Origin: Catenulispora sp.
GTDB taxonomy: Bacteria > Actinomycetota > Actinomycetes > Streptomycetales > Catenulisporaceae
Reading direction: 5' to 3'
DNA length: 64,000 bases
Assembly (NCBI GenBank): GCA_013362315.1
Contig: JABFWL010000227.1
Span: 6,037 to 70,036, forward strand
Every line of letters starts with the position of its first letter. Position 1 is the first letter of the stretch. Positions 36,954 to 46,265 of this stretch are shown here, piece after piece. The position numbers were made by a program, and so were the translations under genes. The notes under the pieces were generated by a model that was given only the letters and a program-made list of their open reading frames with translations, did no database searches and was not told the origin of the DNA.

Positions 36954-37067
36954 CTACATCCCTTTGAGGGTGCGTACGAGGTCCGTCAGAGACCAGATGA
37001 TCTGTAGCTTGACGACTAGCGTCACGAGCACCACTAGATCACCGGGTTCGTCCTTCTTCCGCTTCAC
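36954..37067 (-). CDS. 37-aa hydrophobic peptide MKRKKDEPGDLVVLVTLVVKLQIIWSLTDLVRTLKGM (type I toxin-like)
   Basis: Strong SD AAGGAGGTG (37074-37082), GTG start, TM-like core, two hairpins after the stop; below the ORF-track size cut-off. Confidence 0.6.
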   Translation of the reverse strand: MKRKKDEPGDLVVLVTLVVKLQIIWSLTDLVRTLKGM

Positions 37068-37493
37068 CCTCACCACCTCCTTCCCGCGGCGCGGGCCCGG
37101 CCCGAAGGATCCGGGCATCGGAGGTTGGTCGGAATGACGTTATCAGGCCCCGGTCGAGTCTGATTGCCGAGAGTCACCCCGCACAGTGGACCGTCGGGTG
37201 TGTCCCATGCTGAGCTGCGGAAACAATGTGGACCTTGGGCCGTCGGCCCAGTCACAGACGGTGATCGTGGCCGCCGTGGGTGCCCGTCGACGCGACGGTC
37301 AGAAAGAACCTGCGCGACGTCGATTCCGGCGATGCTCGCCGTCCGACAACTCGCTGAGCCGCGGATATCCACGACTACGCGTCGGCGAGCATGCCGATCT
37401 CAATGCGCGCCTTGACCTCAAGCTCTGAGCCCTCGACGACCTCGGCACGCTCCTCGGCGTTCCACTCCTTCGCCGAGGTCTCGACCGAATGAG

Positions 37494-37539
37494 CTAGTTA
37501 AGTCAGACTTGACAACGTGGTTAAGTCTGACTTAACTAG
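37494..37539 (+). promoter_or_regulatory. 17-bp perfect inverted-repeat operator overlapping a TTGACA-17-TTAACT promoter; probably leaderless mRNA
   Basis: CTAGTTAAGTCAGACTT-n12-AAGTCTGACTTAACTAG; ATG at 37544 begins 7 nt after the -10. Confidence 0.75.
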
Positions 37540-37543
37540 TGCC

Positions 37544-38365
37544 ATGGATACATTCGCCATGCTCATTCCGGCTGACGACGTCGCGCGCATCAAAGACGAG
37601 CGCCTTGACGCATACGAGATCGACGGCTGCGCGTTCTGGCTGAACTGGAGCCAAGAATGGACCAGCCCTTCCCGCTACCAGGCCGACGTATCGGACGTCC
37701 ACAAGGGACTGTGTGTCGGCGTCACGAGCCTGCGCGGAGTGGTCAGCCAGGAGCCGCATGAGCACGGCCAGTGGACGTTGACCACCAGCTACTACAGCAA
37801 CGGAACGTGGGTCCAGCGGCCCACTCGCGTCGACGGCGTACGCCCAGACGACCTGGCCGAAGTCCTCGGCCTCATCCTCGACACCTTTCGGGCGTCGCGC
37901 CTTCGCCAGCAAGCCGCGAGACTGCACCGCGGCCGCATGCTCCAGGCCCTCACCGCCGCCGCCGACGCCTACGACACCGCCGCAGCTGGGAACGCCAAGT
38001 GGACCGCCGGGCAGACCCGCGATCGCGTCATTGAACAGGCGATCGAGCAAGACCTACTCGACGACGACGAGATCCAGGAAGCCGCCCGGGTCACCGAGCT
38101 GACCGTGAGGAACATCAACAACCAGGTGAGCCGGGGCGCGCGCCGGGCGCCGCTGTACGGCGACCTGCCGATGTTCGCCGCCCGCCATGGCCTCAAGCCG
38201 GCCAGCCTGCACGTCTACCGCAGTCGTGGCAAGGATGCGCTGCCGCCGGAAGACCTGTCGCTCAGCGGCACTCCTGGCTGGCTCGTCGACACCATCGAAG
38301 CGTGGAAGCCGGCTCGGGGACCGCGTACGCGTCAGGCCCGGCAGACGAGCGAATCTCCGTCATGA
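37544..38365 (+). CDS. Protein with C-terminal AlpA/Xis-like winged HTH
   Basis: FAARHGLKPASLHVYRSRG..LPPED....TPGWLVDTIEAW. Confidence 0.7.
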   Translation: MDTFAMLIPADDVARIKDERLDAYEIDGCAFWLNWSQEWTSPSRYQADVSDVHKGLCVGVTSLRGVVSQEPHEHGQWTLTTSYYSNGTWVQRPTRVDGVRPDDLAEVLGLILDTFRASRLRQQAARLHRGRMLQALTAAADAYDTAAAGNAKWTAGQTRDRVIEQAIEQDLLDDDEIQEAARVTELTVRNINNQVSRGARRAPLYGDLPMFAARHGLKPASLHVYRSRGKDALPPEDLSLSGTPGWLVDTIEAWKPARGPRTRQARQTSESPS

Positions 38366-38901
38366 AGGTCATCCACCTGACCGAAGAGCACCCCGAGTAC
38401 GGCCGCTACGCGGCGATGCTCTGCGAGGAGCCGCTGCGGACGCAGTGGTGGATGGACGCCGAGTCCGGCCATGAAGAGGGCACCTCGTACCTGATGGTCC
38501 TCGACGTCGACGCCAGCGGCGCATATGTCCCGGCGGCGTGGGCCGGGTACGCCTTCGAGCGGCTGGACGAGACGGAGGCAATGTTTCAGGCACTCCCCCG
38601 CGAGATGCGAAAGCTTGCCCGGCTGCCGATCCTGCGCTGCCGGGACAACTACGTGGCGCATGGCTTCCGCGACCGCGACCCCGAGCGGTACGAGACCGCG
38701 TACGCCGCGCGCCATCAGCTGGTCGTTTCGCCCTGGCAGGGTCTGGCCTATACCTATCTCTATGACCCGCCGAAGACCCGCCACGAGCGCGACGGCTGGT
38801 TTGCTGATCCCAACTCCGACCTCGGTCACGGCTTTTCCAGCCCGGACGCCACCAGCGGCATCGTCCATGAGTGGTGGCGGCTATTCCGCTGCGGTATATG
38901 A
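38362..38901 (+). CDS. Hypothetical protein, possibly a distant GNAT fold
   Basis: ATGA overlap; YVAHGFR and HERDGW resemble GNAT motifs A and B. Confidence 0.6.
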   Translation: MKVIHLTEEHPEYGRYAAMLCEEPLRTQWWMDAESGHEEGTSYLMVLDVDASGAYVPAAWAGYAFERLDETEAMFQALPREMRKLARLPILRCRDNYVAHGFRDRDPERYETAYAARHQLVVSPWQGLAYTYLYDPPKTRHERDGWFADPNSDLGHGFSSPDATSGIVHEWWRLFRCGI

Positions 38902-38991
38902 CGTCTGGCCGACGTACTGGGCTCCCGTGTGTCCCGTCCTCCGGAGCTGATGATCCCGCAGCACGAGGGTGTCAACCGCTGACTAGCACGG

Positions 38992-39771
38992 TCACACGGC
39001 GCGCAAGTGCCGTCCGGTGCCGGTCTGAGTCTCCTCCTGGGGGATCGGCCCGGCGGAGAACGGCAGCCGGATCTTCGCGCTGCAGGGCCGGGCCGCGGCA
39101 CCCCGGCCACGAGCGGTCACGGAGACGTCGATCGACCGGATCCGGCCGTGGCCCATACCCAGGCCGTTGTAGCTGCGCTTGGTCACGTCGAGGGTGAGAT
39201 CGGTCTGCGGGAGCCGGTCCCGGTCGCCGAACGGGATGAAAGTGCATCCACGCCGACGTGCTCGGGCGGCCAAGGAGCGGGCGTCGGCGTCGCTGATGCC
39301 GCCGTCGGGCAGCCGCAGCACGACGATGCTCATCCCGTCCATGAGGATCGCCGTCGCCTCGATCAGCTTCGCGCCCGGGTTCGGCACAAGGATGATCTGT
39401 TCTAGCTTCGCGCCGGCCTCGTGCAGCGCCGGCGGGGCAAGTTCGGGCCAGCCGACGATCGCGACCCAAGCGCCCTGGCCGCTCGCCTCGCCGACCAGCG
39501 CGCACAAGAAGGTCGCTGACCCGGCTACGCCGACGACAGCGCCGCGGCGTAGGCCCGGCCACGGCAGCAGAGGTTGGATGGTGGAGTGCACCGGCAGGGG
39601 CGGAGCGGGTTGCAGCTCGCCGACCTCGGCACCGGTCGCCACCGGCCGGTGCATCTCCTCGGTCGCCGTACGCACGGCGGCCCGATCGCGGACCACAGAA
39701 AGCGCCCGAGCGACGTCGGCAGGCCCACTGATGCGGTTTTCGTCGTCGAAAGCTGCTGACGATGTACGCAT
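38992..39771 (-). CDS. ImuA'-like (RecA-like) mutasome accessory protein
   Basis: LLPWPGLRRG, GAWVAIVG.P, LAARAR.RG and GLG.GHGR motifs. Confidence 0.75.
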   Translation of the reverse strand: MRTSSAAFDDENRISGPADVARALSVVRDRAAVRTATEEMHRPVATGAEVGELQPAPPLPVHSTIQPLLPWPGLRRGAVVGVAGSATFLCALVGEASGQGAWVAIVGWPELAPPALHEAGAKLEQIILVPNPGAKLIEATAILMDGMSIVVLRLPDGGISDADARSLAARARRRGCTFIPFGDRDRLPQTDLTLDVTKRSYNGLGMGHGRIRSIDVSVTARGRGAAARPCSAKIRLPFSAGPIPQEETQTGTGRHLRAV

Positions 39772-39821
39772 AGAGTCCTCCTGCTCGGGCTGGTGATCCA
39801 GCGCTCGGAGGGGGAAGGCTC

Positions 39822-39837
39822 CAGAACACGTGTACTA
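39822..39837. promoter_or_regulatory. LexA (SOS) box-like site CAGAACACGTGTACTA
   Basis: GAAC-N4-GTAC, one core mismatch to the actinobacterial GAAC-N4-GTTC; upstream of the imuA-like gene. Confidence 0.55.
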
Positions 39838-39857
39838 AATCTAGCAGGCAGTTCTGT

Positions 39858-40379
39858 TCATGGCGCAACCCGCGCGCCGTGGCCGTCCCCCGGTCGGTCC
39901 GGCTGAGTGAGTGACTTGGCCAGCCGCACGCCACGAACGGGTCCGTGGTTTTCGTCGGCAGTCCACGTATACCCAGCTGACAGATAGAGGTCGATCGCCG
40001 GATGCTGCTCGGGGCCGGTAAGGAGGGTGGCGGTGGTGAACCCGTTCCTGCGTGCGTGCTGTTCGAGGGCCTGGAGGATTGCCCGGCCATAGCCACGGCC
40101 CTGCGCTTCCGAATCGACGCGCATGCGCAGGATCTCGCAGATGTCTTGGTCGACTTCCCGTAGACCGCCCATGGCGACCACCCGAGCGCCTAGGGTGCCG
40201 ATGAGCATGGTGCCGCGACCGTTGAGATACGAGGCGGCGATGTCGTCTAGATCGCCTGCGTACACGTCAGCGGTGTCGGGCACGCCGGCAGCCCGCAGCC
40301 CGTACCGGTTGAGTTCCACGATTCGCTCGTGGTCGGTGGTCTGATATGGCCTGATCTGGAAGCCGTCATCGTGCGCCAT
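39858..40379 (-). CDS. GNAT acetyltransferase
   Basis: RMRV..EAQGRGYG and A..LY..AGY motifs. Confidence 0.85.
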   Translation of the reverse strand: MAHDDGFQIRPYQTTDHERIVELNRYGLRAAGVPDTADVYAGDLDDIAASYLNGRGTMLIGTLGARVVAMGGLREVDQDICEILRMRVDSEAQGRGYGRAILQALEQHARRNGFTTATLLTGPEQHPAIDLYLSAGYTWTADENHGPVRGVRLAKSLTQPDRPGDGHGARVAP

Positions 40380-40391
40380 CGTGCAAGGAAA

Positions 40392-41801
40392 TCATCCGTC
40401 GAGACCGGCGGGGCCGAGGGCCAGCACCTCGTGCAGAGTCCGCACCGCAGGCAGGTGCCGGCGGTCGGCGGGCACGGCGTCGGCTACCGCCACGCCACGT
40501 CGGAAGACAATCGCCGGACGGTAGTCGGCGCGCAGGCCGAGCAGGATCTGACTCGCGTAGACAGCACCGGCGGTCACGTCGCCATCTTGGATCAGACACA
40601 GCGCTCGATCCAGATGCACCAGCGATGGATCCAGGCGCTCGCCCTTGTCAAAGATCGCCAGGGCGGTGTCCTGTGCGTCCCGCGCCGCCTTCGTATCGCC
40701 GAGCGCGGTCAAGGCGTTCGCACGGTAGAAGTGCAGCTGGCCCGGCGTGAACGTGTACGCGGTATTCGTCCTGACCACCTCTTGGCTGGTCGTACGGTCG
40801 AAGATGACCTCGGCCTGACGCAGAGCGGCGCGCGCGCCGGCGTGGTCACCGGTAAGCGCGAGGGCGCGCGCGGCCACGGCCCACGCCATTGCGGTCGTGT
40901 CGGACAGTCGGCTGTTGGTCAGCACCTGGGCCTCGTGCGCGGCCGTCGCGGTCGCAACTGGATCACCGAAATGAAGGCTGGCCACCGCGCCACGCAAAGC
41001 GACCCATGCGCGCCGCGTCGGGTCGCCAGCCTCGTCTGCAGCGAGGCGGGCGGTGTGGACCCATTCACGCGCCTCGCGCGGGCGGCCTGCATTAACCATG
41101 GTCATCGAGACCAGGCCGGCGAGCTTGGCGATCACGCCGCACAGATCCCGGCGCTGGCTCTGTGGCAGCCTGCGGTTGGTGAGGCTACGTACCTCGCGCA
41201 GATCGTCCAAGATGTTGGCGATGAACACTCCGACCGGCTGAGTTTTGTACACCCGGCCGTACTGCTCGGCCACGTTTTCGTAGTGCTCAACGGTGGCGTC
41301 GGACAGCGATGAGCCGGATAGCGTCTCGTCGACCAGCTGCCGTAGCTCGCCAGCCTTCTCCAACAGCGCCTCTCCGCCCACAGGGCGGTAAAGGTCCAAG
41401 CCCGGCGCTGCCTCGATCGAATCGCCGGCCGTGTCGACTCGCCCGTAGTCCGCGGCAAGGCCCAGATCCACTGGGCCGGTCTGATAGAGGCGGCACAGGG
41501 CGTCTCGGTACTCGGGCGAGGGTTCGTCGTCTCCGCGTTCCCAATGCGACACACGCGACGCGTCGAGCGACTGTCCGCGCCCGGTGGCGGCAGTCATCTC
41601 GGCGATTGCCTGAGCGATGGTCCAGCCACGAGCAAGCCGGTGTGCCCGCAGTCTGCTGTGCCCGCAGTGCGCGTGAATCCGCTCTGCTAACTCGCGCAGG
41701 GTCCAGCCTTCGACCGGTGCCTGTTGCCGCAACAGGGCGGCGCACTTGCTCGGGTGCGGCTGTGCGCCGTCTGCCTCGTTCGCGGCGGTGAGTCCGTCCA
41801 C
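40392..41801 (-). CDS. XRE-HTH plus TPR-like helical regulator
   Basis: LRAHRLARGWT..VSHWERG; helical repeat C-terminus. Confidence 0.8.
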   Translation of the reverse strand: MDGLTAANEADGAQPHPSKCAALLRQQAPVEGWTLRELAERIHAHCGHSRLRAHRLARGWTIAQAIAEMTAATGRGQSLDASRVSHWERGDDEPSPEYRDALCRLYQTGPVDLGLAADYGRVDTAGDSIEAAPGLDLYRPVGGEALLEKAGELRQLVDETLSGSSLSDATVEHYENVAEQYGRVYKTQPVGVFIANILDDLREVRSLTNRRLPQSQRRDLCGVIAKLAGLVSMTMVNAGRPREAREWVHTARLAADEAGDPTRRAWVALRGAVASLHFGDPVATATAAHEAQVLTNSRLSDTTAMAWAVAARALALTGDHAGARAALRQAEVIFDRTTSQEVVRTNTAYTFTPGQLHFYRANALTALGDTKAARDAQDTALAIFDKGERLDPSLVHLDRALCLIQDGDVTAGAVYASQILLGLRADYRPAIVFRRGVAVADAVPADRRHLPAVRTLHEVLALGPAGLDG

Positions 41802-42237
41802 GGCGGTCAGTCAATCACGCTTCGTCATGGCGTGCGTACCGCTAGAACACGCAGGTGGGCGATCAAAGTGCGCCGAGCGCCACCTGATCATGCTCGATGT
41901 CTTTCGCGGTGGCGCGACGCGCACATTGGCGTTCCGCACTGATTGGCCTGTCGCTGTGGCATCCAGACCATCCATATGCGACGGCGCGGACGAGCCGTCC
42001 TCGAACGCTCCAGGCCGGAGGAGAACAGATGCCCAGGCTGAATGCTGACCGACTCGTAGCACTCGGTGTACGCCGCGCTGCCCCCGGCCGGGCCGCGCCG
42101 CGCAGATTCAGCCTGGAAGCGCGGCCACGTCGCCAGCTGAGGGGACCGATGCGGCCGCGAGCGGGCACCAGTGCGGGCTCCAGCACTGGTGCCCGCAACG
42201 CCGTCTCGACCACCACCCGACGTGGCGGGAGCCGGCC

Positions 42238-42924
42238 GTGGCGCTGACCAATCCGAACGTCCTTGTACGCATGCCCGTGGCGGATGACCTCTGGCTGATC
42301 ACCTACGACCAGTGGGCGCCCAAGCACACGGTTTCCGATCCGGTGCTGTCCTACGGCGTTGCAGCTGCTCTTGTCGCCGAGCTCGTTCTTGGCCGCTGTG
42401 CGGTGGTAAATCACGCAGGTCATACACCTGGGCTGACTGTCAAGGGCGCCGAGTTTGAACCCCTCGATCCCGTCCTTAAGGACCTGCTCCACTTGATCAC
42501 GAACGACGGGTGGCGGCCCGTCAAGGAGTGGATCCGCTACGCCGCACGAAATGCCGTCCATGACGTCGCTGGGCGACTCTGCGTGCGAGAACTGCTGCTG
42601 CCGGTAGAGGTCGGCACGTTGCGCAAGAGGATCGCCTGGCAAGCGGCCAGCCCGAAGGCGAGCACAGCCATCGACTACCGGCCAGGACGGGTGGCCGCGA
42701 TGCTCGGCGCTGACCAGCACCGGGCCTTCGCGGTGCACGGCATCGAGGACGTCGCTCTGGTAGCGCTGTGCGATGCGCTCGGGCTCAGGCACCGCCTGCT
42801 CGTCGACGGGGTCCGTGAGTCGCACACCTACATCGACCAGGTTCAGCTACGGCTGGCGCACGAGCGACCAGACGTGTTCGTCGTCGTCCAGGCGCTCGGC
42901 GAGATGGCCGGAACTTCCCGTTAA
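42238..42924 (+). CDS. GPP34 (Golgi phosphoprotein 3-like) family protein
   Basis: ADDLWLI, GVAAALVAELVL and WI....V..RL motifs. Confidence 0.7.
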   Translation: MALTNPNVLVRMPVADDLWLITYDQWAPKHTVSDPVLSYGVAAALVAELVLGRCAVVNHAGHTPGLTVKGAEFEPLDPVLKDLLHLITNDGWRPVKEWIRYAARNAVHDVAGRLCVRELLLPVEVGTLRKRIAWQAASPKASTAIDYRPGRVAAMLGADQHRAFAVHGIEDVALVALCDALGLRHRLLVDGVRESHTYIDQVQLRLAHERPDVFVVVQALGEMAGTSR

Positions 42925-42952
42925 GACACCCCCTCGGATGGAAGGACCAACT

Positions 42953-44446
42953 ATGAGTAAGAGACACAGCGTGGTCGACGCGGCGCTGGACGAGCAGAGG
43001 CTGGGGACGGGCGGCATCGCCGTACCGGTCCTGACGTCGGCGGCTCCGCTGCTGGTCGTGGCGGGCATCGTCACCACCGGCTGGGCGGTGACCGGGGTCG
43101 AAGCCACACCTCTCGCCTTTGTCTTCATGGCGCTGCTGCTCGCCGTCTTCGCGGTCGGCTACATGGCGATGGCTCGCCGCGTCGACCGCAACAGCGGCGC
43201 GTTGTACACGTACTCCGCGCTCGGGCTGGGCCGGCCCATCGGCGTCGCAGTTGGCCTGCTCGCGCTGGTCTCCTACTGCACCATGCAGATCGGCGCCTAC
43301 GGGTACTTCGGCCCGCTCGCGATCGAGCAGGTACAGCAATACCTCGGCCGCGAGATGCACTGGGGCACCGCCGCGCTGATCGGCTGGCTACTGGTCGGGA
43401 TCATGGGCCTGCTGCGCATCGACATCGCCGCGAAGATCCTCGCGGCCATGCTTGCGCTGGAGATCGTCTTCGTCCTCGCAGTGACCGTCGTGGCGCTGCT
43501 GCACCCGGCCGGCGGGCACCTCGACTTCGGCGCGCTCAACCCCACTCGCCTGACGCTCAGCGGCCTCGGCGTCGTCTTGGCTATCGCTTGGACCGGCTTC
43601 GTAGGTTTCGAGCAGGGGCCGGTCTATTCCGAGGAATCGCGATCGCCGCGTAGGACTGTGCCTGCGGCGACGTTCCTTTCGCTGGCGCTGATGGCCGGCC
43701 TCTACGCCGTGTCGTCGTGGGCGATGTCGGTCGCGGTCGGCTCAGACCACATCGTCGAACAGTCCCAGCAGCACTCCATTGGGCTGATGTTCGTCATCGG
43801 GGAACCGCTCGGCGTGATCGCGAACAACCTCGGTCACCTGTTCTTCCTGACCTCCGTGTTCGCCGGGCTCGTCGCGTTCCACGCCACGACCGTCCGCTAC
43901 ACACACGCTTTGGCTCGTGAAGGCGTACTGCCACGGTGGATGGCCCGGACCTGGCCGCGTACGGGCTCCCGCATCGCCGCCTCGGCCCTGCAGAGCCTGG
44001 TCGCCCTGGTCGTGATCGTCATCTACATGGCGCAGGGATGGGATCCGGTCACCCAATTGATGTTCTTCCTCGCGTCCATCGGCGGGGTCGGGGTGCTGCT
44101 GGTAGTCACCATCACCAGCCTCGCCATCGTCGTCTACTTCTGGCGCCAGCCCGGCAGTAACGCCCTCGTGTGGCTGGTCGCCCCAGCGGTGTCAGCGCTC
44201 GGTCTGCTGGGTGTCGCGTGGCTGTGCCTGACCAACTACTCGACGTTGCTCGGTGTCGACGACAGCCACCCGGTCCGCTGGATCGGGCTCATCGGGTACG
44301 CGGTGATCCTCGTCGGCGGCCTGTCCTGGGGGTTGCTGATGAAGTGGTCGAACCTGCCCGCCTACCAGCAGATCGGCCACGGCGCGGCGACCGCACCGGC
44401 CGCCGTTGCCCTGTCGAAGGCGTCGGCGTTCGGAGGGGTCCGATGA
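42953..44446 (+). CDS. APC-family amino acid permease
   Basis: GALYTY, FVGFE...YSEE..P.R.VP and ALAREGVLP motifs. Confidence 0.9.
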   Translation: MSKRHSVVDAALDEQRLGTGGIAVPVLTSAAPLLVVAGIVTTGWAVTGVEATPLAFVFMALLLAVFAVGYMAMARRVDRNSGALYTYSALGLGRPIGVAVGLLALVSYCTMQIGAYGYFGPLAIEQVQQYLGREMHWGTAALIGWLLVGIMGLLRIDIAAKILAAMLALEIVFVLAVTVVALLHPAGGHLDFGALNPTRLTLSGLGVVLAIAWTGFVGFEQGPVYSEESRSPRRTVPAATFLSLALMAGLYAVSSWAMSVAVGSDHIVEQSQQHSIGLMFVIGEPLGVIANNLGHLFFLTSVFAGLVAFHATTVRYTHALAREGVLPRWMARTWPRTGSRIAASALQSLVALVVIVIYMAQGWDPVTQLMFFLASIGGVGVLLVVTITSLAIVVYFWRQPGSNALVWLVAPAVSALGLLGVAWLCLTNYSTLLGVDDSHPVRWIGLIGYAVILVGGLSWGLLMKWSNLPAYQQIGHGAATAPAAVALSKASAFGGVR

Positions 44447-45057
44447 CGAAACACACGATCATCCCCGCCCCGCCGGGGGCCGAGGTCGACCGCAGGCTCG
44501 CAGCGATCATCGGCGAGGCGTTCGCCGCGCTGGACGTCTCGAAGTACCTGGTGCCCGACGACGACACCCGGGCCGCGGTGCTCACCGCGCATCTCGGCGC
44601 GCAGGTGCCCTTGGCCCGGAGTCAAGGGTCGCTGCTCACCGATCCCAGCTTGAGCTCGGTCAGCGTGTGGTTCAAGGTGCCGGTCGAGGGTCTGCCTGAC
44701 CAGCCCAGCTACGAGCAGCGGCGGGCCGCCGCGTGCGGGGTGAACACCGACCGATTCGCCGCCTTCGAGACCATCCTGGACGAAGTCCATCCGTACGGCC
44801 GGGCGCACTGGTATCTGCAATTCATGGCCACGCGGCCGGAGATGCAGGGGCACGGTCTCGGCGCCGCGCATCTGGCCTACCAGCTCGCGATCGTCGACGA
44901 CGAACGGCTACCGGCCTATCTGGAAGCGGGGGACAAGCGCAGCGCCCGCCTGTACGCCGAATACGGATTCGACACGTACGGGCCGCCGTTCCCCTGCGGG
45001 CCGGCCGGGCCGATGCTGTATCCGCAGTGGCGCGAGCACGAGCGGGTCGCCCGGTGA
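44443..45057 (+). CDS. GNAT acetyltransferase
   Basis: HWYLQF..PEMQGHGLG and PAYLEA..LY..YGF motifs. Confidence 0.85.
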   Translation: MTKHTIIPAPPGAEVDRRLAAIIGEAFAALDVSKYLVPDDDTRAAVLTAHLGAQVPLARSQGSLLTDPSLSSVSVWFKVPVEGLPDQPSYEQRRAAACGVNTDRFAAFETILDEVHPYGRAHWYLQFMATRPEMQGHGLGAAHLAYQLAIVDDERLPAYLEAGDKRSARLYAEYGFDTYGPPFPCGPAGPMLYPQWREHERVAR

Positions 45058-45977
45058 GCCGCCGGCCTCCCGCCAGGGTCATCGGCGCTGGCCGGTTGGC
45101 CTTGGGTAGTCTCGTCCGCCTCTGCGCAAACGTGGCCGCACGTCTGCGCAGAGCGCACCGGCCCACGACACCGCCTGGTCCCGGGCCGATCCTGTCGGAT
45201 TGGCTGTGGCACCGATGGATGCGCGCCTACGCCTTCGCCAGCCGCCACGCCGACCAGCCGTCGCCCGGCCGGTGCCCCGGCTGCCGCCATCGCGGGCTGC
45301 GCCTGGTCTACCACGGCACACGCGGTGAGACCGGCCATGCGTCGATCTGGTGTCCGGCCTGCCTGACCGGGATCGTCACCTGCCGTGTCGACGTGCCGGC
45401 TAATGCGGCGGTCACCGTTCCCCACGGTCTGCTCCCCGACGAGACAACAGTGGAGCCGGACTTCACGCTGGTCCAGCCACGGCGAGGTGAATCGCTGGTC
45501 GTCGTATGGGGACGCAACGTCACCGCCGGGTGCGCCGCGGCTCTCGCGTTGACCCTCATCGCTGCCGGTATCGCGGCGCTCCTGCCGTTCGGCGGTACCG
45601 CATTCCTACTCACACACGTGATGCCCGCGATCGCCGCCGTCATGGGAGCAGCACTCCTGTTCGTCCGTGCGCTTCCGGCGATGCTCTATCCCGAGCACAC
45701 CTTCACGGACATGCGGCCGCTAGGCCGACGCTATCGGTGGCGGCGCGAGCTCCGGGGTGTGCTCGCCGGGGCCGGGCTGCTGGCCGCGGGCTACATCGTC
45801 TACATGGCGGTCCGGTGGATCTTCAGCCCCTCCGTCGACGGCCTGACGACCGACCTTCCGCGTGCCCTCAACAGCCTGGTCATCGTGGTCTGGGTCTGGT
45901 ACGCCCTTCGGCCAAAAGGTCGATCTGAGCCGCCATCCGCCGACTCTGCCTCCGCGGCGGGGGGCACGAGTGGATAG
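45054..45977 (+). CDS. Hypothetical membrane protein with a 2xCxxC zinc domain
   Basis: CPGC and CPAC, then about 4 TM helices; start uncertain. Confidence 0.5.
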   Translation: MSRRPPARVIGAGRLALGSLVRLCANVAARLRRAHRPTTPPGPGPILSDWLWHRWMRAYAFASRHADQPSPGRCPGCRHRGLRLVYHGTRGETGHASIWCPACLTGIVTCRVDVPANAAVTVPHGLLPDETTVEPDFTLVQPRRGESLVVVWGRNVTAGCAAALALTLIAAGIAALLPFGGTAFLLTHVMPAIAAVMGAALLFVRALPAMLYPEHTFTDMRPLGRRYRWRRELRGVLAGAGLLAAGYIVYMAVRWIFSPSVDGLTTDLPRALNSLVIVVWVWYALRPKGRSEPPSADSASAAGGTSG

Positions 45978-46265
45978 CGCAGTTGTGACCGAGGCAGGCC
46001 GACCGGCCGCCGCCGCATTGCCACGGCGTACGCGCGTCCGCACGCCGGCCAGGCCGTCGTTCTTCGTCGTCGGTACGGACCGCCGATTCGGCGGCCTGCT
46101 GTTCCTCCAGCGGGTCACCAGTGTCCAGCCCGATGCCCAGCCGGTTCCCGGCGACGTCGCCGACCAGCTTCTGCGTCGCGCCATCGCGGGCCTGGCACAG
46201 CTCTGAACTTCCCACCCGGGCGCAGCCCACGAGCGGCCCGCCTGTGCCGAGAATTGAAGGATCAC

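Noticed and set aside
37509-37540. Resemblance to the E. coli trp promoter/operator (TTGACA-17-TTAACT, ACTAGT)
   Set aside because: No TrpR-like gene or trp genes follow; the 17-bp inverted repeat is better explained as a local operator.
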